A stretch of 61,820 nt of DNA from Rikenellaceae bacterium (GCA_045632975.1 JAZQXR010000024.1:1-61820); one strand, 5' to 3'; positions 26,961 to 37,127 are shown, counted from the stretch's first letter. Notes: generated by a model not told the origin, from the letters alone. Numbers and translations: made by a program.

Positions 26961-27161
26961 CCAGAGATAAAGGTCCTCAACGAGCGTGTTGTTCGTTTAC
27001 AAAAAGTTTCATAACTTTGTATTGCCAGACAGTTGTCCGACAACATAACATAGAAAGTGTTTTTGCGCTATTCGCAAGGAATCACAAAATCATCTCCACA
27101 CTTTCTCGACTTTGAACTAATCCGCCGCACGGGGAGGTGTTACGGCAAAAACTTATTGTGT

Positions 27162-29186
27162 ATGAAAAAGCTACTTTTTTGTCTGCTGACATTAGGTATG
27201 ATTATCTCTTTTGGCGGCTGCGAGGGTCTTGAGGGGCTCGAAGGCCTCATCCCGCCCGGAACCGAACTACCGGGCGACGACACGGACGATGAGGGCGACA
27301 AAGGTGACGAGGGCGACATTGTGGAGGATGACAACAACAAGATATTCTACACCACCGCCGACAGCAAAACCCTATCCGCCATCAACACTGACCCATCGGT
27401 CTTTGGCGCGTCCATTATTTCGAACACCTACAACTACAATGACGGACAGGGCGTTCTGACCTTCGACAAGAGCGTCACCTCCATTGGCGAGCGCGCTTTC
27501 AACGAATGTACCGAGCTGACAAGCATCACTCTGCCCGAGAGTATTACGGAGATTGGCAGCAATGCATTCAAAGCGTGCACCGCACTGACAAGCATCACTC
27601 TACCCGAGAGCGTCACCGCTATTGGAGAATATGCATTCAATGGTTGCACCTCGCTGACGGACATCACCCTACCCGAGAGCGTTACGACAATGGGAACGCA
27701 CATTTTCTATGGTTGCACAGCGCTTACAAGCGTCACCCTGCCCAGCAACATTAAGAGCATTGGGGATAGCTTCTTCTATGGCTGCGCGGCGCTGACAAGC
27801 ATCACCCTGCCTGAAGGCGTTACGGAGATCTGCAAGTTTGCATTCCGATATTGCGCCGCGCTGAAGAGCATCACAATTCCCGAGAGTATCACGACTATTG
27901 GCATTCGCGCATTCTCCCGTTGCACTTCGTTGGAGAGCATCACCATACCCGAAGGCGTTACGGAATTTGGCACATACGTATTCGAAGAGTGCACCTCGCT
28001 GAAAAGCGTCTCTTTGCCCCAAAACTTCACAACTATTCCATCCGGCTTACTATCCCGTTGCAGCTCACTAACAAGCATTACCATACCCGAGAGTGTCACT
28101 ATGATTGATGATGTTGCATTTGAAAGTTGCACCTCGCTGACTGACATCAAAATTCCCGAGAGTGTCACAACATGCGGGCCGTACATATTCCGTAATTGCA
28201 CCTCGCTTCCCGTCATCGACAACATCCGATATGCCGATACATACTTGGTTGGTGTAACCGACAACACCCTGTCCACTTACACCATCAAGGAGGGGACCCG
28301 TTTTATTGGCGAAGAGGCCTTCGCAGATTGCTCCGCGCTGACAGACATCTCCATCCCCGAGAGCGTAATTTCGATTGGAAATCATGCGTTCGACGGTTGC
28401 AGCTCACTTCCTATCTTTGATAATATCATGTACGCAGGCACCAATCTGATAAAGGTGATAGATAAAACACAAACCTCATACACCATCAAAGAGGGAACAC
28501 AGTTTATTGCAGAGAACGCATTCAGCAATTGCAAATATATGACAAGCATCACACTGCCTGATGGTATCACCGCTATTAGGGAAAGTACCTTTTTGAGTTG
28601 TGACGCTCTGGCAAGTATCACCCTGCCCGAGAGCGTTACAACGATTGAAAAATTTGCATTCTCCAATTGCCCATCACTGACAACCATCACCCTGCCCGAG
28701 AGCGTTACAACAATGGAAGAATCCGCATTCAAAGCTTGCACCTCGTTGGAGAGCATCATCCTACCCCCCAATATAACTACACTCGAGAGGAGTACATTCT
28801 ATTCGTGTACTTCGCTAACAAGCGTCACCATTCCCGAGGGCGTTACGACAATTGGGTCATCCGCATTCTGGGGCTGCAGCTCGCTGGCAAGCATCACCCT
28901 ACCCGAAAGCGTTACAACTATTGAGGGTGGCGCATTCTATGACTGCAGCTCACTGAAAACCATCACCTTTCCCGCGAATGTTACGAATATTGACAATTGC
29001 ATCCGCCGTTGCACTTCGCTTGAGGGCATCTACGTCAAGGCGACCACTCCGCCATATACGATCAGCATCTTCCAAAATGATGACTCGATTGTAAATATTT
29101 ACGTACCCGCCGAATCGTTAGAGGCTTACAAAACAGCCAAGGGCTGGTATCATTATGCAGATGTGATTTTCGGCTACGACTTCTAA
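27162..29186 (+). CDS. BspA-like leucine-rich-repeat (LRR_5) surface lipoprotein
   Basis: Lipobox ...ISFGGCEG. There are more than 20 repeats of the type LTSITLPESVT-IG--AF--C-. The start is taken at the internal ATG 27162. Confidence 0.85.
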   Translation: MKKLLFCLLTLGMIISFGGCEGLEGLEGLIPPGTELPGDDTDDEGDKGDEGDIVEDDNNKIFYTTADSKTLSAINTDPSVFGASIISNTYNYNDGQGVLTFDKSVTSIGERAFNECTELTSITLPESITEIGSNAFKACTALTSITLPESVTAIGEYAFNGCTSLTDITLPESVTTMGTHIFYGCTALTSVTLPSNIKSIGDSFFYGCAALTSITLPEGVTEICKFAFRYCAALKSITIPESITTIGIRAFSRCTSLESITIPEGVTEFGTYVFEECTSLKSVSLPQNFTTIPSGLLSRCSSLTSITIPESVTMIDDVAFESCTSLTDIKIPESVTTCGPYIFRNCTSLPVIDNIRYADTYLVGVTDNTLSTYTIKEGTRFIGEEAFADCSALTDISIPESVISIGNHAFDGCSSLPIFDNIMYAGTNLIKVIDKTQTSYTIKEGTQFIAENAFSNCKYMTSITLPDGITAIRESTFLSCDALASITLPESVTTIEKFAFSNCPSLTTITLPESVTTMEESAFKACTSLESIILPPNITTLERSTFYSCTSLTSVTIPEGVTTIGSSAFWGCSSLASITLPESVTTIEGGAFYDCSSLKTITFPANVTNIDNCIRRCTSLEGIYVKATTPPYTISIFQNDDSIVNIYVPAESLEAYKTAKGWYHYADVIFGYDF

Positions 29187-29206
29187 TAGCGACATTACAG
29201 CACAAT

Positions 29207-29240
29207 AAGAGCGTGTCCAACAGCCTTGGACACGCTCTTT
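29207..29240. terminator. Intrinsic terminator, AGAGCGTGTCC hairpin family
   Basis: aagagcgtgtccaa-cagcc-ttggacacgctcttt. Confidence 0.75.
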
Positions 29241-29261
29241 GTTATATTCACACAAAGTCGG

Positions 29262-30140
29262 CTACTCTCTACGGCGGAAAGCGCGGGCGAGGGGCGTTGT
29301 GGCAAACTCGGGGGCGAGCTCTCGGGCCGATAGCAGGCGCTCTACCTCGGGCTTTAGAGGGTCGATGATTGGCACGAACGCGGGATTGTCGGCCAGCGGT
29401 TTGCCGTGATTGTGCGGACAGCGCGTTTGGCACTCGTCACAACCACACACCCAGCCGTGGGTATCGGCCGAGCCACCCACCTCGAGCGTCACAGCCGAGA
29501 TACAGCGTCGGGTGTCGATGGTGCGGTTGGGGTTGATTGCGCTCACAGGGCAGAGCCTCTCGCACAGATGACACTCGCCACAGGGCGACCAATCAAGCGG
29601 CGCATCGTAGTGGTCGATTTCGTCCGCAAGGACAAGTTCACCAAGCAGCACAAACGAGCCATACTGCGGCGTGAGCAGCAGCGAGTTACGCCCCACAGCG
29701 CCGAGCCCCGCACGCACGGCAAGCGCCTTCTCCATCAGGGGCGCGGTATCTACAAAACAGCGACCTGCCAGCGTAGGGTAAATAGCCCGAAGACGTTCGG
29801 CCATCTGTTGCAACATCCTCTTGATGGTGGTGTGATAATCGACACACAACGCATAGGAGGCCACTCGCGCGCCACCGAAGCCCTCGGGATAGCCCGCCGA
29901 GAGGGGGTTGCGATAGTTCACCGCACAGACAACCACGCTCTGCGCACCCTCGAACAGTCCTCGCGGGTCACATCGGCGGTCGATGTTGCGGTGCATGTAG
30001 TGAAGTTGTTCGGCATTTCCACCATCGAGCCAACCACGCAAAAAAACCGCATCGCGGCCCATAGGTTCACAACGCGTTGTGCCACAAAGATTAAACCCCA
30101 CGGCACGAGCGGCTTCGAGTATGTGTTCGTACTGCAACAT
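29262..30140 (-). CDS. queG: Epoxyqueuosine reductase
   Basis: The protein starts MLQYEHILEAAR... and carries CGECHLCERLCP plus CGCDECQTRCP Fe-S motifs. The ORF-track extension to 31583 is antisense read-through of the neighbouring gene. Confidence 0.85.
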   Translation of the reverse strand: MLQYEHILEAARAVGFNLCGTTRCEPMGRDAVFLRGWLDGGNAEQLHYMHRNIDRRCDPRGLFEGAQSVVVCAVNYRNPLSAGYPEGFGGARVASYALCVDYHTTIKRMLQQMAERLRAIYPTLAGRCFVDTAPLMEKALAVRAGLGAVGRNSLLLTPQYGSFVLLGELVLADEIDHYDAPLDWSPCGECHLCERLCPVSAINPNRTIDTRRCISAVTLEVGGSADTHGWVCGCDECQTRCPHNHGKPLADNPAFVPIIDPLKPEVERLLSARELAPEFATTPLARAFRRRE

Positions 30141-30215
30141 GTAATAAAATATCCACAAAAGTAGTGCAAAAAAGAGAAATAGTAGTACATTTGCAGTATT
30201 ATTGAGAAATATTGA

Positions 30216-31886
30216 TTGAGGAGTAAGAACAAAACCAGCTTTATTATGGCATTCAACACACTTAAGGAGGTTTACGACCACAGCGTCACCAAGTTTGCGG
30301 ACAAGGTCGTAAGCACCATGCATGAAAGAGAGACACTGACCTACACCGAATTTAAGAAACGCGCCGAAGAGCTTCAGAAAACCCTGCTCGAGGCGGGTCT
30401 TTCGGCCGGCGACAAGGTAGCACTTTTGAGCAGCAGCATGCCCAACTGGTCGGTATGCTATTTTGCAGTGACTACCATAGGTATGATTGTAGTTCCGATT
30501 CTTCCCGGCTTCTCGGGCGAGGAGTTCGGCATGATTATCACCCACAGCGAGGCCAAAGCGCTGTTGGTATCCGACCGCCTGTACTCGAAAGTACCCAAGG
30601 ATGTAGTCAATAAACTGAACATCGTAGTTCGCACCAAGAACCTCGGTGTAATCTACCGTGGTGGCGACTTCGCCCCCGGCACCCCCGCCGAGCCCAAGGC
30701 CGACGACATCGCAGCCATCATCTACACCTCGGGCACAACTTCGAGCCCCAAGGGTGTAATGCTGTCGCACAGCGCACTTGCATACCAAATCGAGGGTGCA
30801 AGCGACCTCTTCCCCATCAACGAGAACGACCGCTTCCTGTCGATTCTGCCCATGTCGCACGTATATGAGTGCTCCATCGGCATGCTCTTCCCGTTTGCCT
30901 TTGGCGCATCGGTTACGTACATGGACCGCCCGCCCACGGCATCGGCACTGCTGCCCGTGATGCGCGATGTGAAACCCACCATCATGCTCAGCGTACCTTT
31001 GGTTATTGACAAGATTTACCGCAGTCAGGTGCTCGCCAAGTTCACCAAGGGCGCCGTTATGAGCTGGCTCTACGGCAAGGCCCCCATCCGCCGTGCACTG
31101 CACAAGATTGCAGGCAAGAAGCTGATGAAGGTGTTCGGCGGTGAGCTTCGCTTCTTCGGTATCGGTGGTGCTAAACTCGACGGCAAGACCGAGGAGTTCC
31201 TCTACGAGGCAGAGTTCCCCTACGCCATCGGCTATGGTCTGACCGAGACCGCACCCCTGCTGGCGGGTAAAGTTCCGTACAAACACCCCGTAGGCTCGAC
31301 CGGTATCGAGATGAAGGGCGTGAAACTGCGCGTTGCCGACCCCAACGAGAATGGCGAGGGCGAGTTGCAAGCGCTCACTCCGTCGGTTATGAAGGGCTAC
31401 TTCAAGAACCCCGAGGCTACGGCCGAGGCCTTCACCGAGGACGGCTGGTTCCGCACCAAAGACTCGGCCATCATGGACGAGAATGGCGTGGTGTTCATCA
31501 AAGGCCGTATGAACAGCATGCTTATCGGCCCGAGTGGCGAGAACATCTACCCCGAGGATATCGAGAGCGTACTGAACAGCCACACCTACGTCAGCGAGTC
31601 AATCGTGACCGAGGAGGATGGTAAACTGATTGCTCTGGTGCGCTTCGACTACGACGCTCTGAAACAGAAATACGATGACCTTCGTTGCTACATCGAGAAC
31701 AAGAGCGAGCAGGCAAGCCGCAGCTTCAACGAGGCCGCCGAGGAGGTTAAACGCTTTGTGAACGAGCGCGTTGCAAGCTTCTCGAAGATTGCCAAAGTCG
31801 AGGAGCAAGCCGAGGACTTCGAGAAAACCCCCTCGATGAAAATCAAACGCTTCATGTACGACCGTTCCAAGAAGAACAAGAAATAA
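30216..31886 (+). CDS. AMP-binding enzyme, long-chain-fatty-acid--CoA ligase-like
   Basis: AMP-binding signature IIYTSGTTSSPKGVMLSH, with GYGLTE and the late KIKR motif. An alternative start is MAFNTLKE at 30246. Confidence 0.85.
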   Translation: MRSKNKTSFIMAFNTLKEVYDHSVTKFADKVVSTMHERETLTYTEFKKRAEELQKTLLEAGLSAGDKVALLSSSMPNWSVCYFAVTTIGMIVVPILPGFSGEEFGMIITHSEAKALLVSDRLYSKVPKDVVNKLNIVVRTKNLGVIYRGGDFAPGTPAEPKADDIAAIIYTSGTTSSPKGVMLSHSALAYQIEGASDLFPINENDRFLSILPMSHVYECSIGMLFPFAFGASVTYMDRPPTASALLPVMRDVKPTIMLSVPLVIDKIYRSQVLAKFTKGAVMSWLYGKAPIRRALHKIAGKKLMKVFGGELRFFGIGGAKLDGKTEEFLYEAEFPYAIGYGLTETAPLLAGKVPYKHPVGSTGIEMKGVKLRVADPNENGEGELQALTPSVMKGYFKNPEATAEAFTEDGWFRTKDSAIMDENGVVFIKGRMNSMLIGPSGENIYPEDIESVLNSHTYVSESIVTEEDGKLIALVRFDYDALKQKYDDLRCYIENKSEQASRSFNEAAEEVKRFVNERVASFSKIAKVEEQAEDFEKTPSMKIKRFMYDRSKKNKK

Positions 31887-31919
31887 CGTCCGATACACAC
31901 CGTATCATCCGCAAAGAAG

Positions 31920-31957
31920 AGCCCGCCCCCGAACTTTCGTGGGGTGGGCTTTTTTTG
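31920..31957 (+). terminator. Intrinsic terminator
   Basis: agcccgcccc-...-ggggtgggct is followed by a run of seven T. Confidence 0.8.
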
Positions 31958-31988
31958 CTCCCCTATCTCCTAAAGTCGCATAATAATA

Positions 31989-32037
31989 GGGATTCCGAGG
32001 GCAAGCATAACGCAAAAATCACCTTTTTATACGGCTT
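31989..32037. repeat. Partial copy (3' half-module) of the intergenic repeat family seen at 46743 and 51470
   Basis: gggattccgagggcaagcataacgcaaaaatcacctttttatacggctt aligns with gaggattttgagagcgagcgtaacgcagaaatcaccttgttagacggttt at 46903-46950. Confidence 0.6.
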
Positions 32038-32098
32038 ATTTTGGATTTTACGAATCATTTGTTTAACTTTGTGAAACAAAAGTTTAATTTTATTCAAC

Positions 32099-32374
32099 AT
32101 GAGCACCATCAAAAACATTCCTACGACCTGCCCCTCATGTGGCGGAGCAATGAGCATCAAGAGCATGCACTGCGCGGTGTGCGACACCACCGTCATGGGC
32201 GACTACCCTCTGCCAGCCATACTTCGCCTCACGCCCGAGGAGAGACAGTTTGTGCTCGCCTTTGTGCTGTGTAGCGGCTCGCTCAAACAGATGGCCGCCG
32301 ACATGGGCTTGAGCTACCCCACGGTGCGCAACTACCTGGACGATATTATCTCTAAACTCAAAAAAGCCGAATAA
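32099..32374 (+). CDS. DUF2089 domain protein (zinc ribbon plus HTH)
   Basis: CPSCGG...CAVCD zinc ribbon, and the C-terminal LKQMAADMGLSYPTVRNYLDDII HTH. Confidence 0.75.
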   Translation: MSTIKNIPTTCPSCGGAMSIKSMHCAVCDTTVMGDYPLPAILRLTPEERQFVLAFVLCSGSLKQMAADMGLSYPTVRNYLDDIISKLKKAE

Positions 32375-32376
32375 CC

Positions 32377-32970
32377 ATGAACACGAACGCAATACTCAAC
32401 CCCTTCCGCTATATCGCCGGAGCCAAATCACTCATCATAGGCCTTGTCGTTATGGCCGCCACATCGCTGCTGCTCTACACCTCGGGCTGGGTGCAGGATA
32501 GCTACTGCCACTTTGCCATCGCCGCCAAACCGCTGTGGGAGGTGGCCGCAATGCAACTGCTGTGGTGGGTCATCCCCTCGGTGTTGCTCTATGTGTGTGG
32601 CCTGGTGCTCTCGCCCTCGCGCATCCGCATCGTAGATGTGTTCGGCACGCAAGCCTTCTGCCAAATCCTTGTACTGCTGATGGCTGCGCCGCTATTTATC
32701 CCCTCCGCGAGCGAGGCTATGAGGAGGATGATAGAGGCACTGCTGTCGGGCAATCCATTCCTGCCCGAAGATACGACGCTCGTTATATGCGCCAGCATTT
32801 TTTCGGTCGTGATTCTTATATTGTACTTTGCATGGAGCTACCGCGCTTTTGCCACAAGTTGCAACATAAGCGGAGCGAAAGCCATAATCACCTTTTCGAT
32901 TATTCAAGCCGCCACAATGACCGCAAGTTCCATATTCTCGTGGCACACTCAACAATTGGCTCTATCATAA
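32377..32970 (+). CDS. Hypothetical integral membrane protein
   Basis: 197 aa with 4-5 hydrophobic helices. It starts 3 nt after the DUF2089 gene, so the two are likely co-translated. Confidence 0.6.
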   Translation: MNTNAILNPFRYIAGAKSLIIGLVVMAATSLLLYTSGWVQDSYCHFAIAAKPLWEVAAMQLLWWVIPSVLLYVCGLVLSPSRIRIVDVFGTQAFCQILVLLMAAPLFIPSASEAMRRMIEALLSGNPFLPEDTTLVICASIFSVVILILYFAWSYRAFATSCNISGAKAIITFSIIQAATMTASSIFSWHTQQLALS

Positions 32971-32991
32971 GCCAACCATAAAACTAAACCT

Positions 32992-33513
32992 ATGAAGCGG
33001 ATTTTTAGGATATGTTTGTTATTGCTGCAAGTGGTGGCACTATGTGGTTGTGAAATTATAGAGCTGTTTGATGATACGAAGCATGTGGATATTACGTACC
33101 GAATCATAGCAGATAGTAATAATACTGCGGTGTATGAAGTTGTAGCGTCAGGAAATGGAACACTTTTTCGGGGCGTTTTCTGTGGTCCGGTATCTGCCGA
33201 CCTCCTCGTTGTGGATGGATTGCACGATGATGACAAAGCTTATAGGAGAGCAGAAACGCCATGGCACTACGCCAGAGATGTTATTTTCGGCGAGGGAGCA
33301 AAATTTGACATCTACGAACGGGGTGGCAAGCCTTTCCAGAAGTTGATATACACATTTACACAAGATGATATTGGCCCTAACTCCGTGTTCTTATACGAGA
33401 ATTGGACTCTCGAGATTGATGATAGGAACTGGGGTGGCCCTTTAATCCATACCAAAAACATACGCTACATTTACACCTACAAGTTTACTCCTCCCGAGGC
33501 AGCCGAGGAGTAG
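32992..33513 (+). CDS. Hypothetical lipoprotein
   Basis: Lipobox LLLLQVVALCGCEI. I recognise no domain. Confidence 0.55.
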   Translation: MKRIFRICLLLLQVVALCGCEIIELFDDTKHVDITYRIIADSNNTAVYEVVASGNGTLFRGVFCGPVSADLLVVDGLHDDDKAYRRAETPWHYARDVIFGEGAKFDIYERGGKPFQKLIYTFTQDDIGPNSVFLYENWTLEIDDRNWGGPLIHTKNIRYIYTYKFTPPEAAEE

Positions 33514-33533
33514 CGAGTGCGAAATATTTTAGG

Positions 33534-33570
33534 CGCGAGCCCGACCGAGAGAGGTTGGGCTCGCGTGGTT
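33534..33570 (+). terminator. Intrinsic terminator
   Basis: cgcgagccc-...-gggctcgcg followed by tggttt. Confidence 0.6.
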
Positions 33571-33571
33571 T

Positions 33572-33604
33572 AAATTCACAATTCACAGGTCACAATTCAC
33601 AATT
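33572..33604. repeat. AATTCAC heptamer run (aaattcacaattcacaggtcacaattcacaatt)
   Basis: The same heptamer run follows terminators at 46743 and 51472. Confidence 0.7.
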
Positions 33605-33806
33605 GGGGATAGGGGAATTAGGGAAGTTAGGGAGATATCCTTAAATCCCCTATATTCCTTACACTCTCCGCTCTCTCTACACGCCCCACCCTATCTCTCG
33701 CGACTCACCGCCCCTGAAACCCAACGAGCAACGCGAATTTTATCGACGAAACGTGCGTATTTATCGACAAAAGGGCGATTTATTTGGTTTTTCGGCAAAA
33801 AAGGCA

Positions 33807-33814
33807 TACATTTG
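33807..33814 (+). promoter_or_regulatory. -7 promoter box TAcaTTTG for the pilus locus
   Basis: Matches TAnnTTTG just upstream of the probable TTG start at 33828. Confidence 0.45.
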
Positions 33815-33827
33815 CCATGTTTTTTAC

Positions 33828-34412
33828 TTGGACAACCACGCCTTGAACAACACGCACAACATACGTCGATGGATTCTCGGCGCAGCGGCACTACTCTGTT
33901 TTGCCCTTGCGCCGAGCAAGGCCGTCGCACAGTTCTCGAGCGTATCGACCAACCTTGTCGGGTGGGCCACGGGCAACATCAACGCCGCAGTTGACCTCAA
34001 ACTCGACACACGAATCTCGTTCAATATTCCCCTATCATTCTCGCCCGTGATGGGCAAAAACATCGGCTGGCAGAACATAACCTTTCAGCCCGGAGCCCGT
34101 TTTTGGATGACCGAGCTGTACCGCGGCTCGTTCGTGGGTGTCTATGGCTCGACAGCCTACTACCGCCTCCGTAACCACGGGTGGAATCGCCGTGGTTGGG
34201 CTGCGGGCGCAGGCGTGTCGTACGGCTACTCACACCTGCTCTCCAAGCGTTGGAACCTCGAGGTCGAGGTGGGCGTAAACGTCATGTACACCGACTTTGA
34301 CAAGACGCGCAACCGCGAGTTCGGCGTATTCGAGGACGAGTATTGGTGGGACATCCGACGGGTGATGATTCTGCCCGGCAAACTCAAAGTTTCATTCGGC
34401 TATCTATTCTAA
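33828..34412 (+). CDS. DUF3575 domain outer-membrane protein (type V pilus locus accessory)
   Basis: Signal ...AALLCFALAPSKAVAQ, then SVSTNLVGWATGNINAAVDLKLD... typical of DUF3575. The start is uncertain: TTG 33828 is proposed, while the ORF track's GTG at 33753 lies upstream of the promoter box. Confidence 0.7.
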   Translation: MDNHALNNTHNIRRWILGAAALLCFALAPSKAVAQFSSVSTNLVGWATGNINAAVDLKLDTRISFNIPLSFSPVMGKNIGWQNITFQPGARFWMTELYRGSFVGVYGSTAYYRLRNHGWNRRGWAAGAGVSYGYSHLLSKRWNLEVEVGVNVMYTDFDKTRNREFGVFEDEYWWDIRRVMILPGKLKVSFGYLF

Positions 34413-34417
34413 TCGGC

Positions 34418-35272
34418 ATGCGTAGAGTTATGAACATACTTGCACCGATGGTGGTGGCCGTGGTTCTGCTCTCGGGCTGTACGCTGCGAGAGTGGACGGG
34501 CGAGCACGTTATTCGCAAGGCCGAGCTATGGCTGGACTACACCGAGGCCGAGACGAGCGACGTGCGACTGCTGATGTTCGACCGCCGCGGAGAGCTCTAC
34601 CGCGACTCGCTGATGGCGGGCGTGGCAGGCAGCGAGGCCCTCGTAACATATATCCACAACGGAGCCTATCGCGCCGTATCGCTTGCCACCGAGGCCGAGT
34701 GCGCCGTATCGACGCTCGACGGTACTCGCCTTTGCGCCTCGCGCCGTGAGGATGGCTTCTACCGTCCGATGGGCGATGTGCGTAGTCATGAGCTCGGATT
34801 CGGAATCACCAAAGGCGATGTTCTGCGCCACACACCCGAGTTGGAGCGCAAGACGATAGGCATGTCGCTCACCGTGCGCGGCGTGCAGTGGATTGACTCC
34901 CCCGAGGGGCTCCACTTTGAGTTCGACTACCCCACCATGTGCAACCTGCAAGGCGAACCTGTGGGTGCCGCGGGCACCTATCGCCCCGAGGTCGAGCTGT
35001 CGGTCGAGAATACCCGCACCGAGTGGAACACCATGCGAGGCTCGTGGCGCACCATCTATCGCACCTCGGTGCCCGACTTTGTGATTCGCCTTGTGACAGC
35101 CTCGGGCGAGGTACTTTACACCAAGAATATCCGCGAACAGCTGTCGGAGATGACCGACATCGACGTCGATATAGATATTGATATTTTGATTGAGTTTTCG
35201 CGCACTCACATCACCTGCACCATCGCCGATTGGGTCGATGTCGAGGAGCGTCTGACGGTTGATATTGAGTAA
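34418..35272 (+). CDS. Putative FimB/Mfa2-like fimbrial anchor lipoprotein
   Basis: Lipobox VVLLSGCTLRE. The size (~285 aa) and the position between DUF3575 and the fimbrillin genes fit. The family call rests mainly on context. Confidence 0.5.
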   Translation: MRRVMNILAPMVVAVVLLSGCTLREWTGEHVIRKAELWLDYTEAETSDVRLLMFDRRGELYRDSLMAGVAGSEALVTYIHNGAYRAVSLATEAECAVSTLDGTRLCASRREDGFYRPMGDVRSHELGFGITKGDVLRHTPELERKTIGMSLTVRGVQWIDSPEGLHFEFDYPTMCNLQGEPVGAAGTYRPEVELSVENTRTEWNTMRGSWRTIYRTSVPDFVIRLVTASGEVLYTKNIREQLSEMTDIDVDIDIDILIEFSRTHITCTIADWVDVEERLTVDIE

Positions 35273-36180
35273 TGAGAGGAGCAAGACACATAGCCATGCT
35301 GATAATGCTGGCGATTGTAGCCGTTTCGTGTGTCAATGACACGGAACAGCCCGCAACACGCGCCGGCTCGCTGTTCTCATTCCGCTCGGTAGAGGCCGCA
35401 GGCGTCGGCTCCGGCATGAAGTATCACGGCACAATCGCCACATGGAACAATGGCGCGGGCTCGTGGTACTACGCCCCGAACAGCCCCTATCGCACGGAGT
35501 GGAGTTGCGAGTTTGTGGGTGGCTCGGGCGTCGTATCGGCCGAACGCAATCGCCACTACTACCCCGAGGGAGTGTACGACTTCTATCTGCTCGGCGTGAA
35601 CAACTCGAATATCGACATAACACCCGACGCCAACGGCAAAGTCGCAGTCGTGGGTGGCGCAGAGGGTGGCAACGACTACATCTGGGCCAACGTATCGGCC
35701 GAGGTGGATGGAGTGAAAGACATTGAGGTTAATCCCACATTCAGCCACCTGTTCGGTCAGGTGAGCTTCGAGCTGAAGGTGCGCGGAATCGGCGATGTGC
35801 CGAGCGATATGGTTTCGTTCGGTGGTATCAGCGCCCTCGGCTACTGCACTCGCGGCGTGGCGGACATGACCACGGGACAAATCGAGGCGGGCTCGGATGT
35901 GCTCTCTGCCGTAACACTCGGCGAGCGCTACATGGTCGTCCCCGGCGTGGGTGGCAACTTGTGTACCATCACCGTCACACTCGACGACAAGACCTACCCC
36001 GTAGCGCTGACAGGCAACCTTGCAATCACCGCTGGCAAGTGTCGCACGATACGTTTCATATACGACGGCTTCAGCGTCAGCCAAGTGGAAATACCCCAAT
36101 GGAGCATCGGCGAGGATATCTCAATCGACCGCACCGAGGGCGATGGCTACGACATTCCGCAGTGGCAACCCGAAGAATAG
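35272..36180 (+). CDS. Fimbrillin family (Mfa-like) lipoprotein
   Basis: Lipobox AIVAVSCVND. It has the GGNDYIWANV...FSHLFGQVSFEL pattern of fimbrillin-like proteins. Confidence 0.7.
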   Translation: MRGARHIAMLIMLAIVAVSCVNDTEQPATRAGSLFSFRSVEAAGVGSGMKYHGTIATWNNGAGSWYYAPNSPYRTEWSCEFVGGSGVVSAERNRHYYPEGVYDFYLLGVNNSNIDITPDANGKVAVVGGAEGGNDYIWANVSAEVDGVKDIEVNPTFSHLFGQVSFELKVRGIGDVPSDMVSFGGISALGYCTRGVADMTTGQIEAGSDVLSAVTLGERYMVVPGVGGNLCTITVTLDDKTYPVALTGNLAITAGKCRTIRFIYDGFSVSQVEIPQWSIGEDISIDRTEGDGYDIPQWQPEE

Positions 36181-36224
36181 CACAATAACAATCAATAAAT
36201 AAACTTATAAACAATCCTGAAAAC

Positions 36225-37127
36225 ATGAAAAAGATTTTTGTAGCAATGGCAGCAACCGCACTCGTATTGGGTGGTTGTACCAATGGTGAGGATGTAAATC
36301 CCTCGAACAACGAAATGGCAACCGTACGCTTCGCAGCAGCAGGCAACGCAGGCATCGAGCTTATGACTCGTGCTGGTGAGACTCAAGCATACACCGGCGT
36401 TATCGGTATCAACTACGATGGCACAGCATGGGAGGTTGCTCCTTCGACCGACGTTCTGGCATTCACCGGCAACCTGTCGTCGACTTCGAACTCACTCACC
36501 GTAACCGGCTCGGCCGTAACCGATGGCGCAGTTCAAATCAAATCGACCGGTACCAACGAGGCTAAATTCTGCTCGTTCGGTGTAGCCGAGGGCACAGTAG
36601 CAATCAACGGCACCACCGCAACTCTCGCCGCTAATGGCAATGGCTCGGAGCTTACCAACGACTACATCTACGCTTCGGCCGCTCAACCCGTAAACGGCAA
36701 CGCAACCGTAGCTTTCGCTTACACTCACGTTATGTCGAAACTCCGCGTAGAGGTTTACGAGAAATCGTACGACAACGCTAAACTCAACGACGGCGTAACC
36801 ATCGACGGCTTCGACGGCCTCGGTATCGTTCGCAACGGTAAGCTCAACCTGCTCGACGGCACCATTACCCCCGATGCAACCGTTCTGCCCGCATCTATCG
36901 CAATCAACACCGAGTACTTCGTTCTGCCCCAAACCGCAGGTACCGACAAATCGTTCACCGTTACCTACCAAGGCAAAGAGTACACCGTTGCTCTCGGCAA
37001 TGCAGGTCTGACCTTCGCTGCTAACAAATGCCGCGTTATCCGTCTGCTCGTAACCGGTTCGGGTATCACCTTCACCGCAACCCTCGAGGATTGGACCGAG
37101 GAGAACAGCGACTTCAACCTCCAATAA
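36225..37127 (+). CDS. Fimbrillin family (Mfa-like) lipoprotein, probable major subunit
   Basis: Lipobox ALVLGGCTNG. It has NDYIYASA...FAYTHVMSKLRVEV and is a paralogue of its neighbours. Confidence 0.7.
   Translation: MKKIFVAMAATALVLGGCTNGEDVNPSNNEMATVRFAAAGNAGIELMTRAGETQAYTGVIGINYDGTAWEVAPSTDVLAFTGNLSSTSNSLTVTGSAVTDGAVQIKSTGTNEAKFCSFGVAEGTVAINGTTATLAANGNGSELTNDYIYASAAQPVNGNATVAFAYTHVMSKLRVEVYEKSYDNAKLNDGVTIDGFDGLGIVRNGKLNLLDGTITPDATVLPASIAINTEYFVLPQTAGTDKSFTVTYQGKEYTVALGNAGLTFAANKCRVIRLLVTGSGITFTATLEDWTEENSDFNLQ

Noticed and set aside
27140-28771. Multiple 80-170-aa ORFs on both strands inside the LRR gene
   Set aside because: They are a by-product of the periodic LRR coding repeats. Only the 27162-29186 frame gives a lipobox and a continuous LRR_5 pattern.
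30141-31583. N-terminal two-thirds of the 773-aa minus-strand ORF that contains queG
   Set aside because: This part is antisense to the AMP-binding ligase gene and has no QueG similarity. QueG begins at MLQYEHIL (30140), giving a normal ~292-aa protein.
33515-33830. Possible invertible (phase-variable) promoter for the pilus locus
   Set aside because: The only inverted repeat is ~12 bp with a 20-nt spacer. That is too close to flank an invertible promoter, and there is no nearby site-specific recombinase gene.
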